A stretch of DNA of 51,608 nt, filler included, from Sphacelaria rigidula (Eukaryota): NCBI GenBank assembly GCA_964200075.2. It is 4 parts of 4 records of this genome, joined end to end, with 100 filler letters (N's around TTAATTAATTAA, not from the genome) between each part and the next. Parts side by side here need not be neighbours in the genome. Positions count along the whole stretch, not along the records: positions 38,784 to 51,608 come from CAXNAA020003387.1; 3 more parts are not named here. One strand, 5' to 3'. Of the stretch, positions 39,545-51,608 are shown piece by piece. The notes below the pieces were generated by a model, which did not search any database, had not been told where the DNA came from, and saw only the letters and a program-made list of their open reading frames with translations. Position numbers and translations under genes: made by a program. The stretch's first letter is position 1. Each line of letters starts with the position of its first letter.

Positions 39545-42500
39545 ATGACGCTTGACGTCATCAATCGCCTGCTACGGCAGCCTTTCGGAGGTGAACACGG
39601 TTCATATTACTCCTCGTACGACATGATCACCGTGTGATGGATTTCTCTCCCCTCCTTCCGCTTCTACCCCCTCGTCCCCGTCGCCATTGTACTGTCAGAA
39701 CTAGCGATCCCATGCTGTTATCGTGGGATGACTGTACATAACTGCTTCGCGGTTTCTCACTAGTTATTCGGTACATTCGTCTCAAGCGCCTATGCGCGAT
39801 AAGAAAAACGATAGTAAAAAATACCGTACAACAGTAGCTTGCCTTGTGTTTGTTCCATCCATGTCCTTGCTCACGTTGTGGGGGTATGCCGATACAGCCG
39901 TTGACAATAAAACGTGCGTGTTCAAAAATCGCAGCATAAACTCAATAGCCCTTTGCCTCGTCTTACTTTCGGACTGCTGGTGTTGACTCCTTGGATCGAT
40001 TCGAAACCGCGTTGTTGGTCCCCGTTCCCGCTCCAGTGGAGAATAACCTTGAAGTCATCGCGGCGTCAATTCAGGCATTCCTCGGCAAGAATAGGGACCC
40101 AAAGACGATTCCGTCGAAGCATGGCAGTGAGGTGGGTGGTCACTTCCGCCCATTTTTGACCGCCTCATTTGCATGGTAATGTAGTGTCAGTTTGATCTTT
40201 GCGACGCTGCTATTTTAGCGTCGCTCCCTGGCAGGATTGAAAGATTGCGCACCCTGGGCAATATATGGTCGACAGATGCCGTAGACGAAAAATATATGGG
40301 GTAAAGTATGGGCCTATTGCATATATGGACAATATATCATCCAGGGCGTGAAGGATTGCAACACGGTAGGTGTTACCCTCTGGATGACATCTTCCAATGG
40401 ACCCTGCATGAGATATTGCGCGTGTATAGCCAGGTGACCGATACCCTAGATAATGGAAACAGGTGTTTTTGGCATCTCCCGCTGGCATGTAGATCCTTGT
40501 CCAGCTGCCTTGCGTAGTTATGAGACAGGAGACGTACCGACGGCACCCGTTTTGCGCAGGAAGCTCTCGACGCTTGTAGTAGTTATCGGTCGTCCGCAGT
40601 CCATCTGCAACCCAACCAACCTCCGGCCGGCACAAACCTGCTGGGGTATATTGCTTTTCGGGCATGGACTGCTGGTTGTTCTAAAACTTTGTCGTGAAAA
40701 TCTCCGTAACTGAGTGCTTTCACACGCTGAGGTGAATGTAGTGAGAGTACTGTACCCAGATGCACTCTACAACAGTGCTGTTACGGAGTTGAACCTTAGG
40801 GACGTTCATCTTTGTACCCATCAAATTGCCTATCGTTTTCTTGGGTGGCGTGCCCGCGTTTTGTTCCGGACGGAAACACGCAGACGCCAGACGATATGAG
40901 AGCAATTCTGGCCACGCTAGAGGTCGCCTGTCTGCAGAAAAAAACCTTCCTTGTGCTCCTGCTCAAGGTAACGAACGACCTGATGCCCTACTTTGCGTTC
41001 CCACGAGTGCGCTTCACACGAGTGCACTCGGGTGGCACCGTTATCGGTGCTGAGCTATTAAAGTTTCCGATTATGCATGCATGTGTAGTAAGTACATAGG
41101 AAGGCTTCTCTCTACACCGCAACTGCCATATTTAGAAATACATCAGTATCTGTTTTCGACTGATTATTGTGCGGTACACCCCAGCGTTCGTCGTGTGACA
41201 ACGCTTAAAAAGCACGACAGCAATGGTCATGTTCTCTGCTGTCAGTTCTGAGTGTCAAGCTTTCCGCTACCTTTGCTGCGTCGATTGATACATCCAATGT
41301 ATCCAGCTGTTGAAGGTGCTGTTACGTAGACCGGAGAATCGCGCAGATCTCGGGCGGGAAGGAGTCAACGCGATCACTAATTTGATGTCCTCGGCCTGCC
41401 TAGATGCGTGAGTTGTGCTTGTTGTGTGTTTTGTTATATTATGTGAATCCTCAGACGCAACGTGCAACTGATGCTTGGATGTGAAGAACGGTATTCGGGA
41501 TTCTGGCACTATGTACATATTGGGAGGATATGCTATATCACATTACCGTACTCGACACCTGCGGAGACTATCTCATGCCATGGGCTTGCCACGTGGGGAA
41601 ACAGCCCCCCCCCCAATGGTCTGATGACTATGGCATGCATGATCATGAGTACGCCCCCTCCCCAACCGCCCCCTCCCTCGCCCCGAATTTCGGACAAGGA
41701 ATACGCTCATTCTTGTGCGCAAACGGCTTGTACTGCAGGGAAGCAATCGATGCTCCGACACTACTCAGGAAATTCTATCCACTGCGTACGTGTTGAAGCC
41801 ACGTGTAGGGTTGGCGATATTACTGGGTACTGTAAAACAAAACTTCGAGGTACTATGACCTTATCGGGCAGGGGTTTTGAGCGTCAGCTATACTCGATTC
41901 GCCCTGTGGGTGTCGGCAACAAGAGTGTAGAAATGTGACGCACCTTCTATGCTAGGTATGCTGTATTTCACGGGTGATGTTTGGGAAGGTATTCACGTCA
42001 AGCGAAGAACCTCACTCATGAGCAATGACCAACGGCGCCAGCTTTTTGAGGCCACGCAACGCCGACTCTTTCAAGTGTGGAACTCACGTTGAAGGCGATT
42101 AAACATGAAACAGAGCCATCGAAACACGGTGTCACTTGATGTCACAGCATCTCCCTTGTGACCTTAGCACCTGGTAATTACTACGGGAGGAGACCCGTAC
42201 TACGCCGTGTAGCAGTGGCACCTTCCATGCTCTTACTCTACTATGCTCGGTGAGGTCCGCAGCCCGAGCTGTTCATGTTTGTGTGTCTCGTGGTACGTGA
42301 TGTCTGGCTCCTACTGCTGCGCTAGAATCAGTAATTTTGAAGGTCATGCTAGAATAACGTAGCGCTTTGACCACACGCCAAGTTTCAGTAACTTGTAGTA
42401 CACAATGAATTCATGTCATTATCAAGTGGTGCACTAAAACCGGGTAATTTGCTGGTGCTACACTTAATTCAAGTAGTTGACTGACTCCCCTTCGCCAACC

Positions 42501-45500
42501 CTATCCCCCGCCTCGCCGAATCGGGTTTAGACACCGCCGGGGGGCTATGTCTCTTCACACTTTCACATCACACCCTATCGTGTGGATCACTTGTCTATTG
42601 CATCAAACATCCTAAAACACAATGGCCTCGCGGTGATGATCCCGATATTGCACAGATTCTCCGGGTACGTCTTGGTTGAACATGCCGCCTAGTAGGGGCT
42701 CGATGGACGTGTCGATGATGAATTGAAGCTCCTTTTTGCAGAGACGTCGGATGGTGTATTTCTACTCACGAATTACTCCTGTCACTAACGAATGCGCCAA
42801 CTCCAACCACCCACGTGCCGCGCGCTCACGCAGTGTAGCATGTGAAAGTGCAAATGTGGTCCTCAATATGTGCTACGACATGGAGAATGTACATCACTTC
42901 TTGGAGGCGAGTAATGGCGGCTATCTTGTGTTTTGTTTCTCATGCAATTACCAACCACAATGTACAAATAAGTGAAAATTACACGTTACTACCACGTACA
43001 TGTTTTGAATTGGTACTTTTCGTACAGAAGAGGTAACGAGGAGTCCACTTTGACCTCCTGCTCTCGAAGTCGTTGAGGTGGTTCTCGGAGATCCACAGTA
43101 TATCTCAGAAGTTTGTCTAGCCGTCACCCCCATGTAGCTGTTGGCCCTGGCGGCGGGATTCGTTTCTACTGTACAGCCTGCATGACACGGGGGACATGTG
43201 TGAAAGCGAGCGCTCCATGGTGAGATAACTTCGCTACTCAAACGTCGTATGCTCTGGTCTCTGGAAAATAGTTGTGATAAAAAATAGAGATGCACAAACG
43301 GCGCTCGTTCCATGTTTAACGAGCGATCTTTGGTGCGGGTGCCCACCGTTTGCTGGCCAGACGGCATATGGCGCTCACATCCTCCAGCGATGACTGCGCC
43401 CTCCCTTAACGTTGGAAACTCCCGACGTTGTTATTCACAGGCCGGGGGATTAGAAAGGTTGGCGTCCTTGATACGAACAGGAAACGAGAATTTTCAGGTG
43501 AGCGGGTCACCGTGGAGAAAATTTATAGTCGCGGACCGAAAGGAATTTCGTAATTCGAGTAGTGAAGCTAGAGCAAGCCATGACGCACGCGTATCGCGGT
43601 AGTAAAGGTTGGGCAAACGTTTCATGCTCCACAATCGCGCAGCCATAACCAGGCGTTCACGGACCTCTGGTGTTGTGGCGGTGACAGACAAGAAACATGA
43701 CATGTACGCATGGGGTGTACGTTACGTCCCTGGCGCACAAAGAGGTTAAGCAACTCCGTCATTTGACGAGAGCCGAACGATGCATGTACAAATGGAGGGA
43801 TACACACAACCCCAAAGCTTTACACCTCTTAGCTTCATGGGCGGCTGCTGGAGAAGGTGCGGGTTCAACACACGCTCCCTCGCTTTCATTAGTGCTATCT
43901 TTCGAGTTCCGAAGTTCCCGCTGCCCGATTGTTACTAAGGCGTCTGAGAAGTGCAACAAGCCACACGTAGAAACATTGGATGCCAAGTGCGAGTTCAACC
44001 AGCGCCAGCTTGTGCGGTGATGAGAAACATACATGTTAAAGCGGTATCGTCTTCTTTTTACCCCCATGCAGGCTAGCGGACTCGGGGCGTTGCAGAGCGT
44101 TTGTTTTGGAAAGCGCGGACGGCAGGCAACTAGGGGTAAGCGCACATGCTGCTCTGCTAAAGCGGGGTGTAACAGTCTTCCAAACCACGACCACGGAATG
44201 CGTCCTACTCTGTGTCTTGCGTAAGGTGGCTCTTACTTGCGATAGGACGTGTTAGATCTGGTGATACTTCCGTTTTATTGCAAGGGGGGTACCACTTGTG
44301 GTGGTGGAGAGCGCTCGCGGTATATTAGTGCCTACCTTTGTCAATACTAGATGAAGACAACTGATGTCGCTTGAAAACGAGGAGCGCTGATGGGCCTGTG
44401 GCGTTTCAGGACGTAGTGAAGGTGCCACGATCGGACACTTTCACGCAAACTCCGCCAGAATTGACCCAGGTCAGTACGATTTCTGATGTTTTTTGCGGAA
44501 CCATTTCGCGTATGCTCGCCGCGGGGCCGTTCTGCCAGACGGAGGGGTGATCGGAACAGTAGTGCAACTCTTGGACGCCAACAGCCCCAAAGTACGAGCA
44601 CGCGCGTTGGGGACCATCCACAATCTCAGCACGGATGCCAGGAGCATAGGGATCATCCGAGAAGAGGTGGGTGTGCTGATCGACACCAGCAGTACAGCAG
44701 TACGCACGACGGCCGCGCAGCCGTGCACAGACGAGACAAAATGCTTCGAGATACTAGTTATGTTATTAACCGCGCACTTAACGCAGAGCGCACAGCCACC
44801 AGACGGGAGAAAACGGGAAATCGCGGGGAGGGGCTCGCTCACACGTGGGTGGACTCGACCCGAAAAATAAATCCGAGATGTTAACCCGTACGTCGGTACT
44901 GACACCTGCACAGAAGAAGAATTGTCCTCACTCATAATACCCCGTGAGATAGCCCGATAAACATTAGGTGAATACCCATCGATGTGAGCTGGAGCAAATC
45001 GCTTCATCACATACCCTCTCTGGTCCCGCTCAACATCAGCGAACTGACGAATCATCGGCAACACTACACTACCAAGAACTAAGAGAGAGAACCCGGACCC
45101 GGTTGGGAAGAACCCATTTCAGCAGCGCACAGACGTCGCAAACTCACCTGCTTACCAATCGAAGATTCAGAACCTGAATCCCTTCCTTAACATGTCCTAC
45201 GAATTTATCCTCGGTTTTGCAGTAGACTGTTTGCGATATTCAGGGTATTCAAGGAGATGATGTATTCAAGTATGAAAGGCAGCATTAGCTCGTAACTGAC
45301 ATTCTCACTGATTAACCGAGTTGAAACTGCGATTCAGAGCGAACCGAAACCTCCTCGTTATGTAGCAGTTGCTACTCATCGTGTCCTCATGCGCATGGCG
45401 TAATGAGGCAACTCACTCAGACACGTATATTTTTACGGATCATAAACTCAATCCCTCCCCTCAAAACAAGACAAAACAAAACACAATTTTGGACGCACAA

Positions 45501-46427
45501 GAGGTAACCACTCAGTCTTCTTGATGTTCATTATGGCATTTCCTGCGGTACTCGAGATTTGCTCCAGGCAAAGCCTTGTTGTTGGTCAGATCGTGTACGT
45601 ACTTGAACCGAACCTCGCGGTTTCTAAATAGCTCACGAAAATAGTGAGGATGTACGTCAGCGTGCTTGCTCAAACCAATACTTAGCAGGTTGTTGACCAA
45701 CGAATGACACCCTGGCTGTCTTCAAAACCGTCGTGCACTTCTCCTTCACATCACGTTGAATGAATGTGAGGGATCCCCGCACGAACAGCATCTCTTTGGC
45801 CGCCTCCCCAGGTGCCGCGTACTCTGCATCAGTACTGGACAATGATACATTAACCTGGGTTCTCGACACACCTACCACATTTCCAACTCCAAAGGTCGGC
45901 ACACTTCCTGCTACAGATCGTCCTTCCGCCGAGTTGGCATAGTGGACGTCAGCGTCTTCCACTAGCCTCTCGACTTAACTACACTCGTAAGCGATACTTG
46001 AATCGCGCCTGCTATTCAGATACTGTACTCTAGAGCGCGGACTACCCTCATCCCGTCATCATACGAGGAAACATGACTGGATTGCGACACTTTCTTCACA
46101 TCGTCAGCGATGTCGGCGCGAGTGTTATTGCCGGCCACATCAACGCTCCCACCGCCTCCCTGTACGTAATTCCACCTCAGATCCTCTCTCGTCCACCTGA
46201 GTCGTCTTCTTAGGTGCAATGGATGCGGAGGTGGGGGCAGTGCGCGTGATATGAAAGTCGTCGATGATTTTTTTCTACAAACGTAGCAGACTAAGATTTT
46301 TTTTCCCTACTAACGCGAATAGCACTGCACAGAGTGGCTGAACCATGTAGTCGTGCTCCACAGGGTGCTATCTCTCTAGGTGTGTCCTAGTTGCGCCCGC
46401 ACACACACCCGCTGTAGAATACCAGTG

Positions 46428-46459
<32 letters not shown>

Positions 46460-49400
46460 AAAATCGACTTTGCTGTCGCGTATGCCCAAGCGCGCGCGGC
46501 TATTCCACGGGTGATGCACCGCCCGCCTCTCTGAAGTCGATATCCGGCGCGCCATCATCTTCTTTGTTATCATCGGGTTGCACCGGCTTCTCCTTTCCTT
46601 CTCCGCTCGGAACTATGTCAGCCGGTGATGCTGCGAGGGGAGATGTAGGCTCGCTGCCCTCCCGGCTTGGACGCTCAGCCGGCGTTGAAGTCAAGCATTG
46701 TTCTTCGATGGGATCATCATCGCCGGTATTGACCACCTCACGCGTGCATGGGTCACGGGCGTTGAAACCCGGAGCATTTCTTCTTTATCGACTTCATTGT
46801 TGGAGTTGACCTCTGCGCTTGTATCCAGCGAAGCACCCGTCCCTCCCAGAAAATGAGATTTGTTTTGCTGCATGGGTACAGAAAGTCGGCGCCATATCAC
46901 ACTGCATGTTGTGATCGTGGGATGACTCTAAGTCAGCACTCTCGTTGACTCTTTTTGGGCGGGTCCAAGATTAGCTAACTTTTGTGCCGTTGCCATATAT
47001 TCCGAAGTACGTTGTTGTTTGCAGTACCCTGGCTTGGCAAACGGCGATTGCTCGACTTCTTCTCCGTAGAATATCTTATTTGAGAATCTCATGTTAGGGT
47101 TGACAGTTGTTGGCAGATCGTTTTAGGGCGTCGACTACAAAATTATATTCAGCCCATATGCGAGCTCCCCACCGGAGTCTCTCCGCGCACACTCTACAAT
47201 CGATGGAAGACCATTTTCTCATCCAGCAGCCAGGAACAGCTTGAAAAGTTCGGTTGTGTATGATCAGGCGTGCGAAGTACATCCTCAAGTTTTGCGAGAA
47301 ATCACACCGAATCAACGAGGGTTATCTCTTACGATCTAGAACCTACACGCCCTTAGGCCCACACGCAGATCAACAAATCCGTGTTGCAGTCTCTCAATTG
47401 CACGAGTAGCCGTCTCCCGCGGAATCGGCCACCGTAGGCCCTTGGTCAGCAAACACCCACGGCATGGCTCCAGCTTACCTGCAAGCCTTACAGTGATAAC
47501 CTAGGCAGTTTCTCGAGATATCGCCTCGTTCAAGTGGCCATACAACTGGTGAGACAAACTAATATTGGCGGGGCCACCAAGGGGCATGAAGCCAGGGGCG
47601 ACCGCAGCATTTGCGACCTCGTCTTCGAAACAGTCAAATCCACCCTCCGGCGAGTTGGGAGGCGACGACGGGCGTATAGCTCGAACTGTATTCATGTTCC
47701 CACCCGGAGGAAACACCAATTCCTTTCCCATCGTTCATGGATATTCGTACTCCAAACTGATGAACCAGTGGTGGATGGTCATTGTCGGCCGCAACCCGGA
47801 GAGAGAAACAGTTCAAGTTTAGCATGAATACGTGTGCTACTTTTCCGAGGTGAAGTCTGAACTCACATTCCTCGCTCTGGCGAAGTAAGATTAAGCTCCC
47901 GTATCCCGCGATGGGATTATTGAACCATTTTAAATGGTCAAACCAACTCTACCATTGGTTCTGGCACAATTATACATATCTTCCTTGAGAGGGGTAGTCA
48001 CACAAGATGACTCACTATGCGCTATCCTCACCCCCCCTCCCCCCCCCCTCACGCTCTGCTTGCGCTAACGTAGCCCTCTCTTTTAACCCGATTAACGATA
48101 CTCTCTCGCCTGTTGTCTCTTTTCGCCGTGAGGGCAGGTTAAATAGCACGTCTTGTACGGCCCGCCACAGCTGCTGTTGCTGGTCTTGGGCAATCATCCG
48201 CAACACGGCCCAGCTGGCCGTATTTGTTAGCAAATATTGTTTGGACAGTATGTGTCTACTGATGTGCCCAATCTCTTCGCAGTTGAAACATTTCCGTTTC
48301 TCCGACGTTCCTACCGGAGGTAGGGTACCCCCTGATTACGTTGTCGTTGATCTTCATGGCTTGGCCGGAGTGACTGCCGCACCCCCTGTCGAATCCTCCG
48401 CCGCGCCCCCACCGGACTGCGCCGCGGCCAGTCGCAGCAAACAGTGCACAACTACGACTCTCCTTGCCGAACTGTCTCCGGGGCATATATATTTCCCCGA
48501 ACGTCAGCTCTCATTTACGCGCGCGAAATATCATTCCCAGCAGAGTAGCGCATGAGATCCAGGACGTTGTTATAATCGGCAGGCAAAACAGATATCGTTC
48601 TGACGGTAACTACCATGTCCGATACAGCGCATCGTCTTTTATTCCCCCCAGTCGCTACAGTCTCGACAGCAATAAAAGTAACTTTAGGGTCGGTCCCTGC
48701 CTTGTGCTGTATGGCGTCGAATTTCTCAAGCAATGCTGCACCACCTCCGACAGAGGTCGTGGAGTAAAGATTCTCCAGTTGTGACCACGCAGGTAACGGG
48801 GATCCGCATCTGAGAACAAGCTGCGTGCTCCTATCGTCTTCCTCAGTTCCCGAAATTCATATGCCATCTTCGTGGCTAACGCTTCCATGTGTGTGGTCCG
48901 GAGCTCCACTAGCCTTGCGGAAGACATCACGGGGCAGGCTTGTACATTTATATCTGATGTCAACACCGTGTCTAAACCATGCAGGGAAAAGGTGAACCAC
49001 GAACAGCGTGGTCATTTACCGCATAGCCCAGTCACTCAGCTTCCCGAAAAACGCATCTGTTTGATATAACTTTCTTCGTAAAATATGAAAACGCAAGGCC
49101 GGACCGACAAATAGTTCGTTTCAACATCGGACCCATGTAATTGAGCATCACTGCCAGCATGTAGCCCATCAGCGAAAGCACCGTCCGCACCAGAATCAAA
49201 ATTCAAACCAAGGCTGTCAACACCAAACACTCTCTGTCATACACCACGGGGGAATTTACCTATTGCACTCTCGTACAAGTCTTCCACCACGCCTCCTGGT
49301 CGAACACTGCCAAGTCGTGGTCGACTACCGAGACCAAATCCAACCCCTCTGTAACTCGAAACCTGTGTGGATCTCCGAGACGGTCCTACCAAAAGGGGCC

Positions 49401-50867
49401 GCCGCTGGGTCGACGCCGATCAGCGCACCAGCTGCTCTGGCCACGTCCCCCGCGGCGCCTGCCTCCTCAACCCGAGCTATTCACGCCATCTCACGACGCT
49501 GTTGCTCTCCCTTGGGTCCTTGCTCTTCTTTCCTCTGCCGTTTGTCTTCACTCAAACACGTGAGGAAAACTTATAACGTTTCCACCAGCTCAGTGAACGC
49601 ATACATCCTGTCTTCACTTTGTTTTCCCGAGTTGCTCTCGTAATGCAATCAGTTCTCCCTCTTCTTCAGCACATGTCATGGTATCAGATCAACCGATTGG
49701 ACACTAGCGTGATCGATATAACCAGTACAGCAATACGCACGATTGCCACGCAGCCGTGTACACACGAGACTGAATGTTTTCAGAAAAAAATCACATCGCA
49801 AACCGCGCACTCAACTCAGAGCACACAGCCACCTGAAGGGAGAAACGGGAAGGCGGGGGAGGTGCTCACACGCCTGTGAACTCAACCCAAAAAACAATCC
49901 GAGATATTTACCTGAAGGTAGGTACGCATACCTACACAGATGCGGAATTTTCCTTACTCATGATACCCCGTGGGATAGCCCGATATATTTCGGTATATAC
50001 CCGTCGATGATATGAGCTGAAGCAAAGCACATCATTATACAAGCGCTCTTGTTTCGTTTTCCATGGTGTGCACTGGTGGTGCTTCTGGGGTACCAAAATG
50101 AGCAGGGATAGGCTGCTTCGAAATAGGTACATGGTGGATGTAGTGTGTAGTGAAACAGCAACACGGTGTGTAGGATGTCGAGTGGGGCACGTCGAACTCT
50201 TGGCAACGACAAGAACAGATGGGACCGGGGTCGACTACAGAATGCATCGTAGTCTCGGCAGTGACAACAGTGATAGCGTGTTCCTCGGCGCATGCTGTCG
50301 GGGTGAAAAATCAACCTCTCCAACGCAATCGGAGCACATTTTCGAACGTGGTGGATCGAATTGACGCACTGTCCACCAGTGGAACCTGACCATGAGACGT
50401 TCACAACTTCTTCATGAAAGAAATGACACGCAACAACGGTTCCGAACACCGACCCGAAACGACAATCTTCTTCCTGTTGTCGAGTATGTACATGCCAAGC
50501 GCTCGATTCTAGCTCCCTAAATCGAACGCGTCAGGGTATCTCCGCCCACTTCTGATTTAGCGTAGGTGACTGATTCTGATGGGTGGTAGATTGTACGGTG
50601 TTCCCACGCCCGCTTATCCTCCCTCATCGTATCCTCGTAGCATCTACTGAAACGGAGTCCACTAGTGCCGCATCACTCCATCGCTGACAGGGCGGCCTGC
50701 CGCGCCTGGTGAAACTGCTGCGGTCTCACGAGGCGCAGATTTGCGGAGGAGCGGCGGGAACGATTCAGAATCTCTCTCGTGAGGAAAAGAGCAGGACCTT
50801 GCTCACAACGTTTGGGGTCGTAGAACCCCTCGCGGATTTGCTGTTCGGCCGACATTTGAAGAGTCAG
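39545..50867 (+). CDS. Armadillo-repeat protein (partial; at least 9 exons, 3' end beyond window)
   Basis: Phase-compatible exons 39545-39590, 40037-40131, 40884-40967, 42621-42664, 42834-42906, 43441-43497, 44072-44135, 44539-44666, 50691-50867 give consecutive ARM repeats (GGLERLASLI...LGALQSVC; GGVIGTVVQLL...ALGTIHNLS; GGLPRLVKLL...AAGTIQNLS). Confidence 0.8.
41614..41652 (-). repeat. ~38-bp G-tract-associated dispersed element, copy 5 (variant A), intronic
   Basis: caatggtctgatgactatggcatgcatgatcatgagtac between gcccccccccc and gccccctcccc. Confidence 0.85.
44677..45007 (+). repeat. ~330-bp direct repeat, copy A
   Basis: Colinear with 49710-50035 (cagtacagcagtacgcacgacggccgcgcagccgtg versus cagtacagcaatacgcacgattgccacgcagccgtg). 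Confidence 0.85.
45448..49680 (-). mobile_element. Degenerate Ty1/copia LTR retrotransposon (pseudogenised, most RT missing), intronic and antisense to host
   Basis: Copia RNase H motifs SRTQVNVSLSSTDAEY, SKHADVHPHYFREL and NKAL; RT tail NTRADIADDVKKVSQ; decayed integrase, protease and gag-like fragments at higher coordinates; PPT-like gaggggaggga near 45451-45461. Boundaries approximate. Confidence 0.85.
49710..50035 (+). repeat. ~330-bp direct repeat, copy B
   Basis: Diverged copy of 44677-45007. Confidence 0.85.
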
Positions 50868-51608
50868 GTGAAGTATGGCAACGGTAGGTGGGGAGAAGAA
50901 CCGGAGTGCAGAACTTGATTCCTGCGTTCTCGACGTAGAGTATCGCACCTAAAATGCAACCGCGCGGTGTAGTTTTCATCTCTTGAGTATCGCGCGTTTG
51001 GGTACTCACGGTGAGCTGACGGCATAGGGCAATGGGTGTTGTTGTAGAAGCTGCCGATTGGGAATGAGGAGAGTAGCTCCCGAGGAAGAAGACTACCACT
51101 GCCTTTTCCTCTTCTCGGCCGTGTATGGACGGAGAAATCATCAACGATCAGGTCCCATGATCCCTACAACAATCATGTTTTTGTATCCCATGTAAGTGGT
51201 GATAAGATGGGGGCATATTAGAGTGGTGCCACGGTGGTTGTGTACAAATATCTTCTTCTTGAGGTCTGACTTGTTAGGAGCCCTCTATCTCATCCAAAAA
51301 AAGACTTGTGAAACATGTCAGAGCACGCCGCGATTAGAATTCCAATGGGCTAGGGACATCCCGAATGGGTTTGAAAACGGGAATGTCCTCACCCATACTC
51401 TTGTGTAGGTCCTAACTTAAGGAGCCCCTGAATGATGAAGAACTGTGCGGGAACCACCACATAAAAGGGACAATTTCACATAACTAGGCCCATATGTGCT
51501 ACCCATTCCGTAGCATGACTTATTACGATTGACGGGGGGGGGGGGGGGATTATTTCCCTGTTTCCCATTCCACGGGGTGGGGGGTTAGTCATTGTTCCCT
51601 TCCCTATC

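Noticed and set aside
49679-49688. TGGTATCAGA resembling a tRNA-iMet primer-binding site
   Set aside because: It is on the strand opposite to the copia coding sense and has no recognisable LTR upstream in that orientation.

Overview
Eukaryotic, intron-rich nuclear DNA. Gene structure and repeat style suggest a brown alga (Phaeophyceae) or related stramenopile; this is an inference. The window is not one locus: it is four contigs of 12,828, 12,828, 12,827 and 12,825 bp joined by identical 100-nt N44-TTAATTAATTAA-N44 spacers, so nothing should be linked across the spacers. Contig 1 carries a 5-exon gene (~727 aa; SAP-like N-terminus, coiled coil, Lys-rich tail), a short divergent gene, and a convergent gene with a SNAPC5-like coiled coil, a 34-aa tandem repeat and an RG/RGG tail, plus two hairpin MITE-like elements. 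Contig 2 carries a HEATR3/Syo1-like gene head-to-head with a Nopp140/SRP40-like LisH gene, whose 5.8-kb first intron holds a hAT-type element and a possible decayed P-loop ORF. Contig 3 is mostly repeats (two satellites, a foldback structure) with weakly supported exons. Contig 4 carries an armadillo-repeat gene with a GC-AG intron, an apparent CAC acceptor and a decayed Ty1/copia element in a 6-kb intron. The most novel-looking signal is a fixed-length ~38-bp element next to G/C tracts, present five times and in all four contigs. Exon models were built by eye from splice sites and reading frames; no searches were run.
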